A stretch of 15,119 nucleotides of DNA, from assembly GCA_031425655.1 (NCBI GenBank), contig JANPJS010000071.1, positions 1 to 15,119 of the forward strand, written 5' to 3'. The DNA is from Abditibacteriaceae bacterium (GTDB lineage: Bacteria > Armatimonadota > Abditibacteriia > Abditibacteriales > Abditibacteriaceae). Under the pieces are notes generated by a model. That model had not been told where the DNA came from. It did no database searches and was given only the letters and a program-made list of their open reading frames with translations. The first letter of the stretch is position 1, and each line of letters starts with the position of its first letter. Positions 15,119 through 15,119 of the stretch are shown here, one piece after another. The translations under genes were made by a program, and so were the position numbers.

Positions 15119-15119
15119 T

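Overview
This is a moderately GC-rich bacterial window with two convergent gene blocks. On the + strand, the 3' end of an IS110-family transposase is followed by a 2-oxoglutarate dehydrogenase operon (sucA-sucB-lpdA), a hypothetical membrane protein and a short lipoate-protein ligase. On the - strand, in transcription order: a small acidic ORF with its own terminator, an MTA/SAH-deaminase-type amidohydrolase, a small protein with an SspB-like C-terminal tail, an asparagine-synthetase-like ATP-dependent enzyme lacking the glutaminase Cys1, a secreted serpin, a radical SAM enzyme resembling archaeal RaSEA, and a PrnC-like flavin-dependent halogenase. The synthetase + RaSEA-like + halogenase trio is the best candidate for an undescribed pathway. 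The non-coding DNA holds an 89-bp MITE with ISAs1-type ends and an exact 10-bp target duplication, a related remnant next to the IS110 end, and three long intergenic hairpins whose arms are tandem 7-, 8- and 9-nt units. All family assignments come from motifs read by eye; no database search was run.
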